DNA of 64,000 nt, from the NCBI GenBank assembly GCA_002269645.1, contig NIVC01000486.1, positions 1-64,000 on the forward strand, read 5' to 3'. This document shows, one piece after another, positions 22,695-35,329 of this stretch. Position numbers and translations under genes: made by a program. Source of the stretch: Macrostomum lignano (lineage: Eukaryota). How positions within the stretch are numbered: position 1 is the stretch's first letter; every line of letters begins with the position of its first letter. The notes beneath the pieces were generated by a model. That model saw only the letters and a list, made by a program, of their open reading frames with translations, ran no database searches and had not been told where the DNA came from.

Positions 22695-24893
22695 GTATTG
22701 GGTCGCATGTTAAATCCAGTTCAAACAATTATCCCGTCTTCGTGTTTCTCTCTCCGTCTGAATTGTGTTTTCTCTGCTTGTTATTTTTGTCCCGAGCAAA
22801 GCTGGCGGGCTTGTTGGGTTGAGCTGCGGCACGCAAACAGTTGCTAAGTGGAATTTAATTGAATTCGAGAAAAATAAAATGACAATTGTAAGTCAGCGCT
22901 TGATTCTATTTTAGGCTGGCCTGTCATCTCTTGTTAAATTCGCTGCTGTCTGAGCATGACTTTGTTTATTTTTTGCTACTCGAGTACTCGTGTACTTTAT
23001 TCGGCAATAACTGAGACAGATATGAGATTAACGAAGTGACAGCAGAGCAGCTTAGCGGTAACATCGACAAGTCCCTAAAACACAAAGTGTGTAAACTTGC
23101 CTGATAATGAGAGCCTCCCTGTGAGCTTTCGCGGATAAACAGGCAAAAGTACATAAGCCAGCCTGCATAAAGCACAAAATGGTCATCTTTTCTGGAACCG
23201 TGGCTTCCTTCTATGTTCAGAGGGATGTTTGGGCGTGACACCTGTCTTTTTCTCGGCGCAACTCTCGGTGTGCTTTAGTTTTTTATCAACATTCATTCCC
23301 GATCATGTCTTTAAATTATTCCCAGGACTTGACGCCAATACTTTGTTGTTGTTGTTAAACGGGGGTGGGAAGCCGGGAGCTACCCGCGGATCAGCCCTGG
23401 GAGGGGCTCTGCCGCTGAGAGGCACTACCAGGGGCATGTAGCCCGAGATACCCCGAGATTGGACCCTGACGTCTGGGCCAGGGGAATCTGCCAACCCAAA
23501 CCTATGGACTAGGACACCGCCAACCCAAAAAGTGGAATCAGGGACGGTGCTAAGACCGAGTCCACCCAAGCCACCACCCTGCACACAAGTCCCGGGAGTG
23601 CGCAAAAAAGAATTGGAAAAAACTTTGAATACTACTGAAAGCGGTCCGAGAGCGGGGAAACCCTGAAGTCTCGGAAATGGCTTAATTTTGGAGCGAGTCT
23701 GGAAGGCTTGTTTCCGAGGGCGAGTCTCCTGTCAGGCAGGCGACCAACTACCTACAGGGCTGCAAGCCCAAGGGTATCACCTATCCAGCTCTATATTGGA
23801 GGCCAGGCCAAGGGGTCGGGAAGGGGCACAAGGGGCAAGAGGACCCGGACTCAGCCGGTATCCCCGATTCGGGACGAACATCAACCCCAGGACTCCAATC
23901 CACTGTCAGGATGAGAGCCAAGACACTAGGGCAGGGAGACAACCAGAGGAGCCAGCAGGTGGACCAAGGAGAGCAAGCTGGACCGGGCAGGGAGGGCAGA
24001 GCTCATAACTCCGGAATTTTGGAGCGGCATTCAAAGGCCTTACATTAATAAAAGCACAAAGATGGGATAAAACACGAAGGGATAAAAACAATGGGAGGAG
24101 CACCTGAACCCTAAACCCGGGGCTCAGCCTCAGGGCTTGCATGCTATTGGGCTCTACCGTACACTTTGTAAATGGTCATTCTTTCCTGCAGGGCTGGTGC
24201 GACCGGGGGGCTCAAGTCCCGTTCTAGCCACACTGCAGTCCAGAGTACGCACTCACTCCAGGTACACCCCCTAAACCACGAGGCCCAGGGCCGAAAAATT
24301 GATTGGAATGCACGAAAAAGAAGGGCTATTTTTAGCTGTGTACATCACCTCCGGTGAGGACACTATTGGATTGGGCTAGCGAGAGCTAGTATAGTTATAT
24401 AGTATCTGTGGATTGCAATTAAAGAGGCAATTAAACTGGGGCCGGTGGGGGGGTAGTGTAGAAAAACGTGGTTAGAGGGTTTAAGCTGGGGGGTAAGAGC
24501 CAATAAATGAGCCTTGGCTTTAAAAATACATTAAAATGCTTCAGTTTAACTTACTACTGAACTGAAAGTAGCTTACACGCAAATGTGCTGAGTGGCTCAT
24601 CTAGTTATTCTAGTATCTGCGATTCAAACTGACGAGGGCCTCCGTCGTGATATCCCCATTGGCTAAAAGCTAATTGTGTAAAAGTACTCGAAATTGCCAA
24701 CGCCTTGTAGCCATAGACAGTTCGCCTCTGCTTGCAAAGAATTAGCTAAAAATGCCTTCCGTAGAGTCATGAGCGCAGCCCCCCCACTCGTGACGCAGGG
24801 GAGCAGATTCGGTGAAGAATAAACTACGATTTTTGTATAAATCGACCACAGCCAGAGCAAGGCGGAGCGCAACCAGCTGCGAACTCAATCCCG

Positions 24894-25150
24894 ATGCCTT
24901 CGGACTCGAGGCGCAGACGCTCCTCCAGAATTGGCCGATGGCTCGGCGAGCTCAGCGACTCCGATCGTCAGGCTCTGCCTGTCGACTTTGCGGAGATCGC
25001 CTCGCTGATTGGCTCTTCCGTGCGAGCCCCGGCTCCCTGCAGTGCTCCCAGTTCCGGCGAAGGACTTCTGCAACAGCAGCAACCAGCTCAGTTCTCACTT
25101 CCGCTGCAGCCGCCTCCGCCGCCGCCTCTGCCACCACCACCACCACCGCA

Positions 25151-25181
<31 letters not shown>

Positions 25182-28100
25182 CAGCTACAGCAACCTCAAA
25201 CAAAGCAGCAACAAAGGCCAACATCGGTCTCCTCATCTCATTCGTCGAAACAGCAGCTGCAGCTGCAGCAGCATCATCATTCTGTAGAAACACCGGCTGT
25301 CGTTCTGGCCAGCGATTCACCATTGGGCTCGTGGGCCAGCGAGGAGTCCACGTCAAACAGTGCGTTATTGCTTGACCTTGTACTTTTCTCGTATCTGCCA
25401 GCGCCTGTCCTGAGGAGGGCCGTGGCCCAGTGGTCTGGCGCGGCGCTCTGATGTGCCAGCGGCCCGGGCTCGATTCCAAGTGCAGTCACGTTAATTTGGG
25501 GCTGAATTGGAATCTCGGCTTGGCTCTGCTCGTGCAATTAACGGCCTTGAGAGCCAACCCCCCAAGGCGCAGTGAAGTGTACATGCCTAACGATAAATAA
25601 AGCTAGGGCCGCTGTACACTCCTGTGTGAGTGTGTGCCTGCGCGTATGACTGCGTACGTATCCGCGCGCTATTGTGCCCCCTGTAATTAAATAATACTCT
25701 GGTCCCAAATCTGTAAAATCCGGTCCCTATTCTGTAAACTCCGATCTCTAATCTGTAAACTCCGGTCCCTAATCTGTAAACTCCAATCCCTAATCTGTAA
25801 ACCCCAATCCCTAATCTGTAAACTCCAATCCCTAATCTGTAAACCCCAATCCCTAATCTGTAAACCCCAATCCCTAATCTGTAAACGCCAATCCCTAATC
25901 TGTAAACTCCAATCCCTAATCTGTAAACTCCGATCTCTAATCTGTAAACTCCGGTCCCTAATCTGTAAACTCCAACCCCTAATCTGTAAACCCCAATCCC
26001 TAATCTGTAAACTCCAATCCCTAATCTGTAAACCCCAATCCCTAATCTGTAAACCTCAATCCCTAATCTGTAAACTCCAATCCCTAATCTGTAAACTCCG
26101 GTCCCTAATCTGTAAACTCCAACCCCTAATCTGTAAACTCCAATCCCTAATCTGTAAACTCCGGTCCCTAATCTGTAAACTCCAATCCCTAATCTGTAAA
26201 CTCCAATCCCTAATCTGTAAACCCCAATCCCTAATCTGTAAACTCCAATCCCTAATCTGTAAACCCCAATCCCTAATCTGTAAACTCCAATCCCTAATCT
26301 GTAAACCCCGGTAGCACCGAACGGACTAAATAACAATGCAGCAAACATCCGTTCCATGAAGGCATCGCATCCGCATCCACCGAGTCCAACACCGAGCTCA
26401 AGCAGTCCAGCGCAAATTCATCTTCCTTGGTTTCATCCTTGGATAGCAACAAGCTGAAGGTAGTGCGCAGGGAGCACCTGCAGCAGTACGCGCAGCAGCA
26501 GCAGCCTCTGCCTCAGGCTCAGCAGCGGGCGTCGATGCGAGGCTCAGGTGCCGAGCACGCCCAAGCTGCCGCATCTGGCGACACCGTTATCCATCAGCAT
26601 CAACACCGCAATCACAGTCAGCAGCACCAGCACCAGCATCATCAGCAGCAGCAGACATCGCAGCCGGGCAACACCATTCACAAGTCATCATCTTCGGCGG
26701 CTGTTGCAGCTGCCACCGCTGCGGCCGCGGCAGCTGCTGCCGCCGGTGCTGCCAACGGCTCTTCGTCAGACGTGGCGGGAGTTACCTATTATTTTCACCT
26801 GAGCCGAAGCGCTACCAGCGCAAATGGACAGGTGTGTAGAATTCTTTTTCTGCGCTGCATCTTTTGAGATTTAGAAACCATTTTTATTCTGACACGAAAG
26901 TGGCAAGTGCTGAATCCTATTGAATCACATTGAATCACCCTGAATCACCCTGAATCACTCTGAATCACCCTGAATCTCATTGAATCACTCTGAATCACCC
27001 TGAATCACCCTGAATCATTCTGAATCACATTGAATCACTCTGAATCACCCTGAATCACCCTGAATCATTCTGAATCATTCTGAATCATTCTGAATCACCC
27101 TGAATCACATTGAATCACCCTGAATCACCCTGAATCACTCTGAATCACAATGAATCTCATTGAATCACTCTGCATCACCCGAATCACATTGGATCACTTT
27201 AAATTACATTGAAACACCCTGAATCACCCTGAATCACCCCGAATCACCTCGAATCACCCAGAATCATCTCGAAGCAATCTGAATCACCCTGAATCATCTC
27301 GAATCAATCTGAATCACCCTGAACCATATCGAATCAATCTGAATCACCCTGAACCATCTCGAATCAATCTGAATCACCCTGAATCATCCCGAATCACCTC
27401 GAATCACCCAGAATCATCTCGAAGCAATCTGAATCACCCTGAATCATATCGAATCAATCTGAATCACCCTGAACCATATCGAATCAATCTGAATCACCCT
27501 GAATCATATCGAATCAATCTGAATCACCCTGATATCTGAATCACCCTGAATCATATCGAATCAATCTGAATCACCCTGAACCATCTCGAATCAATCTGAA
27601 TCACCCTGAATCATATCGAATCAATCTGAATCACCCTGAACCATCTCGAATCAATCTGAATCACCCTGAATCACTGTGAAACACTTAGCATCACACTGAA
27701 GCGTTATAAATCACACAGCACAATTCTGACTGGTTGTGCTACAATGTCGCTTAAAGTGCGGCAGGATGCACACTGCCCCCTGCCTCTAATAAAAAAAGAA
27801 GCCACACTGATCCACACTGATCCACACTGATCCACACTGAGCCACACTAACACACCCTACCATCCCAAAGGAGCCTCTAGCCCAGCTGAAGTCCCTACGC
27901 GAGACCGACCGGCCGCTGCAGCAGATCGCAGCCAACCGGTCGGTCAGCATCGCCCTCGGTCGAGTTGTCGAATCAACTCCGCCGGGTTCGGCCGCCGCTC
28001 CCGGCTACCAGCGCAAGGTGGTGATCCAGGGGGCCAACTGGCGCAGTGTCATCAACTCGGTGAACGACCTGAGTCGGCTGTACCCGGACCTCATGACCCA

Positions 28101-28796
28101 GGCTACCGGCAGCGGCGGGGGCGCCGGGCACGCGGAGCAGACGGGTGAGCGGCCAACCCGTCATTTGTGCAATTATTTTTAATTAGTATTTGTCAGTTGA
28201 CCAAGTAAATTTCTCACGCCACACACTTTACTTTCTTTAGTAGACAAATTCTACTTAATTCAAAAAATTAATTTTAACTACAATAAAATCTCCTTCCAGA
28301 CTCGAAGAACTCCTCCTCGCTGCACAAGAGGCACGAGCCGCAGAAGCAGCAGCAGCAGCAGCAGCACCGGACTAAGAGTTCAGCGCAGCCGAACGCGTCA
28401 TCCAGCAAGTCGATGTCGCACAAGTCCAGGGCGTCCGGCAGGCAGCAGTCGCAGCCGCCGCAGCCACAGCAGCCGCCGCCGCCGCCGCCCCCGCCGCCGC
28501 CGATGCCGCCGCCTCCATCCTCGTCATCGTCGAAGGCGAAGCTGGCCCAGAATGTTCGCTTTCAGCTGACAACACCCCAGAGAGAGAGCCTGTTCACCCA
28601 GGATGAGCTGGGCAGGCCGAGCCACCCCAGGCTGAAGAACCTGCTGGCGTCGCTGCAGATGGACATGAACTTCCTCGAGCGCAGCGTCACCGAGGACAAC
28701 GTGCCCTCCGTGAAGGTGCGCTTCTTCTTTGAAGCCTTCGACCAGCTGACCGCCCTGTGCAAGGCCATTGACTACCAGCTGCCCACTCAGGCCTGA
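24894..28796 (+). CDS. Uncharacterised low-complexity (poly-Q/P/A/H) protein, ~568 aa, with two possible degenerate KH-like folds
   Basis: The phase-compatible GT-AG model is 24894-25359, 26362-26831, 27871-28144 and 28300-28796, giving 1707 nt with no internal stops. Globular segments include GYQRKVVIQGANWRSVINSVNDLSRLYP and VPSVKVRFFFEAFDQLTALCKAIDYQLP. Confidence 0.72.
25410..25680 (+). mobile_element. tRNA-derived SINE family B (other copies ~32645-32860, ~45955-46160 and ~47330-47600, all minus strand)
   Basis: A-box TGGCCCAGTGG and B-box GGCTCGATTCC; the 3' part ggccgctgtacac(t/c)c..tgtgtg is shared among the copies. There is no complete tRNA acceptor stem. Confidence 0.65.
25705..26310. 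repeat. 21-bp minisatellite (ccaatccctaatctgtaaact), intronic
   Basis: Tandem units; source of spurious ORF 25587-26357. Confidence 0.95.
26920..27670. repeat. 10-bp minisatellite (tgaatcaccc) with a 30-bp higher-order unit, intronic
   Basis: Tandem units seen directly. Confidence 0.93.
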
Positions 28797-29374
28797 ATCG
28801 TCACTGTTAGCTGATTTTCATTTTTTAAGTTCTAGTTTTCTATACGTGTGTGCGTGACATAGGGCTCAGGGCAGCTGTGCATTTTTAAACATATCGCTGT
28901 ATTGACAGCTCATTTTTTCCTGTAGGTGAAACATTAGTTATTCATTTGTAATTTTCATTTTTAACTTTGTAGTGCCATTTTTGTATCCGGTGTGCATTTT
29001 TTAGTCAAAAGTGCAACTTTGGTGTTCGCCCCGCGCTTGCTATTGGCGGCATTCGCTGAGTTTTAAAGAGTTGTTGTTTTAGTTTGAACTTATTTAGCGC
29101 AAAGGAAGCGTCTTTTACTTTCGCTAGCAGGAGTCAAAAGCAGACAGGCAAGTAAAAATCTGCTCAGAAGCCAGCAGCTTGTTGTGTATGGCATTTAGCT
29201 TTCACTCACGTAACTAAATACACTATTTACTCTGAAGCAGACTTTTTGTTCAACCGAGGTCAGAATAACTCAAGCAGGTGCCTAGATTCACGCTTTTTCT
29301 TTTGAAGGCGAACATTTTATGGCAAATTTTTTTTGTTTTTTTGCTTTTGCTGACAGCTATGTTGCATCTGGAGG

Positions 29375-30645
29375 GGCTAGATTAGCAATCCATTTTATTG
29401 CTACATTCTTGTGGGCTAGATTAGCAATCCATTCTATTCCTGCATCCTTGTGAGCTAGATTAGCAATCCATTCTATTCCTGCATCCTTGTGAGCTAGATT
29501 AGCAATCCATTCTATTCCTGCATCCTTGTGGGCTAGATTAGCAATCCATTCTATTCCTGCATCCTTGTGGGCTAGATTAGCAATCCATTCTATTCCTGCA
29601 TCCTTGTGGGCTAGATTAGCAATCCATTCTATTCCTGCATCCTTGTGGGCTAGATTAGCAATCCATTCTATTCCTGCATCCTTGTGGGCTAGATTAGCAA
29701 TCCATTGTATTCCTGCATCCTTGTGGGCTAGATTAGCAATCCATTCTATTCCTGCATCCTTGTGGGCTAGATTAGCAATCCATTCTATTCCTGCATCCTT
29801 GTGGGCTAGATTAGCAATCCATTCTATTCCTGCATCCTTGTGGGCTAGATTAGCAATCCATTCTATTCCTGCATCCTTGTGGGCTAGATTAGCAATCCAT
29901 TCTATTCCTGCACCCTTGTTGGCTAGATTAGCAATCCATTCATTCTATTCCTGCATCCTTGAGGGCTAGATTAGCAATCCATTCTATTCCTGCATCCTTG
30001 TGGGCTAGATTAGCAATCCATTCTATTCCTGCATCATTGTGGGCTAGATAGCAATCCATTCTATTCCTGCATCCGTGTGGGCTAGATTAGCAATCCATTC
30101 TATTCCTGCATCATTGTGGGCTAGATAGCAATCCATTCTATTCCTGCATCCGTGTGGGCTAGATTAGCAATCCATTCTATTCCTGCACCTTTATGGGCTA
30201 GATTAGCAATCCATTCTATTCCTGCACCTTTATGGGCTAGATTAGCAATCCATTCTATTCCTGCATCATTGTGAGCCAGATTAGCAATCCATTCTATTCC
30301 TGCATCATTGTGAGCCAGATTAGCAATCCATTCTATTCCTGCATCCTTGTGGGCTAGATTAGCAATCCATTCTATTCCTGCATCCTTGTGGGCTAGATTA
30401 GCAATCCATTGTATTCCTGCATCCGTGTGGGCTAGATTAGCAATCCATTCTATTCCTGCATCCTTGTGAGCTAGATTAGCAATCCATTCTATTCCTGCAT
30501 CCTTGTGAGCTAGATTAGCAATCCATTCTATTCCTGCATCCTTGTGAGCTAGATTAGCAATCCATTCTATTCCTGCATCCTTGTGGGCTAGATTAGCAAT
30601 CCATTGTATTTCTGCATCCTTGTGGGCCAGATTAGCAATCCATTA
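29375..30645. repeat. 39-bp minisatellite (gggctagattagcaatccattctattcctgcatccttgt), intergenic
   Basis: About 32 tandem units. Confidence 0.97.
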
Positions 30646-30798
30646 TCAGTGCAACATCAGCATCCTCTGGCAGGAAGTCATTCCGTGTGACATGACTGCA
30701 GTCACGCAGAACAGATATAGCAGTTAATAACCTGACGTCCCGAGCAACGCCGGGCTAGTATATTTCTAAACGGAATTTTGCGCAGTTGCGCCACCATT

Positions 30799-33700
30799 CT
30801 AAACGGCTCGCAGGAAGGCGGCCAGGCCGGCCAGGGTCTCCCTGCCAACGGAGACGATCTGGGCGGGCGGCAGGACGAAGCCGTAGCGCCCGGTGTCGGG
30901 CAGCTCCAGGGTGTAGGCGTAGCGAATGCCGATCGAGATCGCCCAGTCGTCGGAGCCGCCGGCGGCCGGGTCTGACGATGGCGTGAGACGGGTTTGGTTG
31001 GTGGCCTCTTAGCGCAGGATGTTTTCGGCGTCAAAATGGTGTCTTCAATTCCAAACCCACTTTTCAGTTGGGTGAACTGAAGCAATGCAGAGCTAAGTTC
31101 AGTGTCTTGCGCAAGTGATACAAATTGTAATTCCGAGTGGGTCAAGAATCGAACCCCAGACCTTTCAGTAGTGAGTCCGACGCTCTAAACACTAAGCTAC
31201 TCGAGTAGATGCCTCAGATACTAGAGTAACTAGATGGGCCACTCAGCACATTTGCGTGCAAGCTACTTTCAGTTCAGTAGCAAGATAAACTGAAGCATTT
31301 TAATGTATTTTTAAAGCCAAGGCTCATTTATTATCTCTTTAATATCTGTGGTAGATGCTAGCTGGATTTCAAACCGACATTTTCACTGCCGACAATTTCA
31401 ACTACTGACCCTAACCCTATTCCAATGACTTCTTAGGTCTACTAATAGTCGTCCTTGTTCCTAATCTCAGCCCTATAACACTAATCCTAACTCTTTAGCC
31501 CTAACCCTAACCTAAAATCGGAGGGTCAAATGTCGTGGGCTCCCCAAATGACTCACAGAGCAGGTCGGCCGAGTGGCCAACCGTATAGCGCCTGCCGTTG
31601 ACGCTCTGCAGTGCCCGGGCGCCGGTCTGAGCGGCAGAAAGCTGAAGAATAGCAAACCAGTGAGTAGTACATGCTGCATGTTGAAGCTTGGCTTTACTGC
31701 CCTGGTATAATGCTGAGGATACCGGGCTCAAAAGCTGCTTACCAGCTCCGCAACGTTGTTGGGGTTCACGCCGAACGCATAGCCAAATGGATGAAGCCAG
31801 TACTGCCCGTAGGAGTGCACAGACCAGAAGGCCTTGATGGCTGATTTGTTTCGCAGAACGAAGTTCCTGATGGCCTGGGTCTCCGGCTCGGAGAAAGCGG
31901 CGACTCCTCTGTACACGTCGGAGCACTGGGAGCCGCTGCTGCCCGTGCCGCCGAATTTGAACCCGAAGTTGCGGTTCAAATCCACGCCGTAGCAGGCCCT
32001 GCCGGGGCGTCGGTTCTTGCGCCACATGCGGTTCTGGATTTGGAGGTTTAATTAATTAATAATTCATCGTAGGAGCGCTGCGGGCAGCCTGGCTCAACAC
32101 CCTCTTCCCATTCCGCTGACTCCTGTGTAGTGCATTCTGCACTTGTTTTTTTTTCTCCCCTTGTCTGGGTCGGCCACCCCCAGTGACCATGTTCTGTCTG
32201 GTTTCGGGGCGGGTGGTCCAGCCCTTGGCTTTGCGCGCGGCCTGATTGGTTGTGCAGTTGTTTTAACTGTGATGGACGGCTCCTATTGGCTGGGTGAGGC
32301 CCTCTCTCTGTCGCTCACCCTTTCTCTCTGCCCAAGCCGGTTTGGCGGTATTTATAAGTCTCTTCGTCTCGAGCTGCCCCAAACGCTCGCCTCATCCCTT
32401 TTTCGTGTCTGCCGGTTCTGTTTTGGTTTTGCTAAATTACCACGAATTTGAACTAGACGGAGAAGTTTCACAGCGATTGTAGCTACAAGCGTACAGTTAC
32501 TCAGAGAATAGAGCAAACGACTACAGAGCTATCCAGAGATTAGAGATCAGCTGAAAGATTCAAGCGACGAAATAAACAAATTCGATTCGATGCGAAAACG
32601 GCGACCGCCGTGATTGAGCCGAGCTGGTAAGCGCTTTCGTTGTTCCGCACTCACGCACACACGTTCACACAGGGTGTACAGCGGCCCTGTGAATTTCTAG
32701 CCGCCAGGCATGTACACTCGCTGTGCTTTGGGGGTGGCTCTCATGGCTGTGAATCGCACGACAACCCATCGACCAATTTTTGAGCACGAGCTCCAAATGA
32801 ATGCGGATTCGAACCGAGGTCGTGGCGCTAGATTCAGACGCGTTTACCGCTGAAATGAGACCTCCCAGACCTATCGAGGCGTACCGGCCAATGGGTGCCA
32901 GCCCCTGTTGCCAGTTGCGTATGTGCACTGCTCCGCGTTCATTGTCTCGGTTGCCTGGGGGTTCGTAGAGTCCGTGTGTCCTGACGCAAAATACTCGTAC
33001 ATTGGCCCTTGCCCTGTTGTGCGCCAGCCTGCTCGAGCTGACGCCTCTCTGAAGACAACACTCGCGCCCCTCTGAGAACCCGTGTATTAGTAGTCCCTGT
33101 ACGTCAAGGGCTAAGGAATCCTTGGATACAACAGTAGTATAAACATCCTGTTTGAGACTTCTGCCGCACAGAATAAGCTAACCTCCCAATTAATTTTTAT
33201 TTACACTGGTGTGGGTGTACTCGTATCCGTCCGGATTGGCTAGCGGCACAAAGACCAGGTTCCAGGAGTCCAGCAGGCTGCGGTATTGAGGATCGCTGAT
33301 CACCTACGAATTGAGTCGGCGTTAGTGGGGATGAGTAAATATGAAAAACTGGAGGATTGACAACTTAAAAGGACGAGCTTTACCTGGTCCATAATGTACA
33401 GCAGGGTGGCCGGGCTGATCCACTCGCGGGCGTGAATGCCGCCGTCCATGAAAATCATCGGGTTGGCGGAGTTGCTGCCCAGCTGAAAAATAGGAGTTCG
33501 ATGGGAGTGCCAGGGAGCGTCACGGAGTATTAGGGTGTATCGGGAGCGCAATGAGAGAGTGTCCGGGGGTTGTGGAGTGTTGTGGGGTGTTTTGGAGGAT
33601 TCTGAAGTGTTGTTGAGGGTTGTGGTGTGTCATGGAGTGTTGTGGAGTGTTGTTGAGGGTTGTGGAGTGTTGTGGAATGTTGTTGAGGGTTGTGGAGTGT

Positions 33701-35329
33701 TGTGGAGGGTTTTGGAGTGTCATCGAGTGTTGTGGAGTGTTGTGGAGGATTGCGGTGTAAGGGAGTGCCGGGGAGTGTTGTCTGGGTTTGTGGAATGTTT
33801 TTTAGTGTTTTGGAGTATTTTTAGGGTTGTGGAGAGTCGTGGAGTGTCATGGAGTGTTGTGTACGGTGGAGGTGTGAGGGAGTGTTACTGTGAGTTACGG
33901 AATATTAGGTGTGAGGTGAGCATTCATCACGCAGTCTCACCTTGTACGCGATGATGTCGCGGTTCTCGATGCTCTTGCCGATGACCTCCTTGGAGCACTG
34001 GCTGCCGCACTTGCTGATCAGTGCGCTGGCGATGGCGTGGAACTGGAAGCAGAAAAGTACGAGAAGTCAGAGAGATAAAGCGATTATGTACTTCAGAAGC
34101 TGATGACCAGATCACCCGGGCCGCACTTACCTCAGCATAGCGGTGGTACTTGCTGTGATCGTCAAAGGCAGCCCGGTTCATGTCGTTTTCCTGGATAAAA
34201 AGGCTGAATGAAAAAAATTGTCAATTAATTTATCTATTGAAACCACTCATTTTCATGCTGTCAGTCGGTAATCAGTAATCAGTAAGATAAGTATCCAGTG
34301 TACCATGTTCTCGGGGCTTAGCTCCCAGTGACTCTAAATACTAGCTCCCAGTGACTCTAAATACCAGCTCCCAGTGACTCTAAATACCAGCTCCCAGTGA
34401 CTCTAAATACTAGCTCCCAGTGACTCTAAATACTAGCTCCCAGTGCTCAATGCTTAGCTCCCAGTGCTCAATGCTTAGCACCCAGTGGCCCCACAATCAG
34501 TGCTCCTCACCGTCCCAGATCGGGATTCGAGACGCGGTACTGGATGCGATGCTGCGCGAGCGCCGCCTTGACGCCCTGCAGCTGCTTGCGGGTCACTCGA
34601 ACCTGCACCGAGCGGCCGGGGGCGCTGGGCCCCGACCAGAAGTCCAGGAAGTCCGTCTGTGTATGGAGACATTTTTGTGAGCAAGTTAAAACTAGTAATA
34701 ATAATATAATAATTCATTACACCTGCCCTAATCGGCAGATCTGCAACTGACAGCTCAGCCACAGCTATTTGCGCGGCGCATCTGAAGGCTGCGTACGGCT
34801 GTTCAGTCCAAGGACGGGGGGGGTCGCCACATCCACCCTCAATTACCACAGCTAATGCAGGTACCCATTTTACAGCTGGGTGAACTGAAGCAATGCAGAG
34901 TTAAGTGTCTTGCTCAAGGACACAGATTGTTCCGAGTAGATCGAGAATCGAACCAACGACCTTTCAGTTTTTAGTCCAACGCTCTAACCACTAGGCTACA
35001 GTTGTAGCCTTAAAACTCAGTCACGAACGTGTCTTTGGTTAATCGCAGCATTTTTTGGCTGAAGAGTCGCTTGTAAAGTTTTCGCCCGCTAGCCAGAATT
35101 TTCACAGTGGCTTCAGTCTTTTAGGGGTGCTAAGGAGTCGCTGGCTAAACAGTCCACAGTCACGCAGTCAAACCTCTTTGCCGAGCAGTCCAAGCTCGCG
35201 CCACTGTTCCAGGATGTCCACCTGTTCCTGGGTGCTGGGCGTCAGAGCCAGCAGCTGGTCGCCCATGTACTGCAGTGGACTGTAGGCAGCCGCAGCCGCT
35301 ATGCACAGCAGCAAAACTAATTGTCTCAT
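30799..35329 (-). CDS. Secreted zinc carboxypeptidase proenzyme, M14A, carboxypeptidase B-like; 9 exons, 407 aa
   Basis: Exons are 35329-35174, 34656-34511, 34203-34131, 34042-33941, 33482-33384, 33303-33205, 32033-31743, 31641-31557 and 30971-30799 (1224 nt, phases consistent). Signal peptide MRQLVLLLCIAAAAA and an activation peptide are present. Motifs: GIHAREW, NPDGYEY, WRKNR, DLNRNF, SVHSYGQ, PAAGGSDDWA (Asp at the specificity position suggests basic-residue preference) and YTLELPDTGRYGF. Confidence 0.95.
31056..31200 (-). mobile_element. CORE-like SINE, 3'-truncated copy
   Basis: The minus strand has a tRNA head (tagcttagtgt..ggttcgattc) followed by cttgcgcaagacact..ttgcttcagttcacccaactg; same family as 34696-35000. 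Confidence 0.75.
31213..31340. mobile_element. MITE family A, internally deleted copy
   Basis: Both TIR ends are present with a perfect 8-bp TSD GTAGATGC (31205-31212 and 31341-31348). Confidence 0.85.
34696..35000 (-). mobile_element. Full-length tRNA-derived CORE-like SINE in a carboxypeptidase intron
   Basis: The minus strand has A/B boxes (tagcctagtgg, ggttcgattc), the central gtgtccttgagcaagacacttaactc..cttcagttcacccagctgtaaaatgggtac resembling the MIR/CORE consensus, and an (att)n tail. Confidence 0.8.

Noticed and set aside
25410-25490. tRNA gene (also the tRNA-like segments at 31140-31200, 32810-32860, 34940-35000 and 47530-47600)
   Set aside because: A/B boxes are present but there is no complete acceptor stem, and each continues into a shared repeat body, so these are SINE heads.
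6841-30645. Regular tandem arrays that could be mistaken for CRISPR arrays
   Set aside because: The units are contiguous with no unique spacers, there are no cas genes, and the context is eukaryotic with introns.
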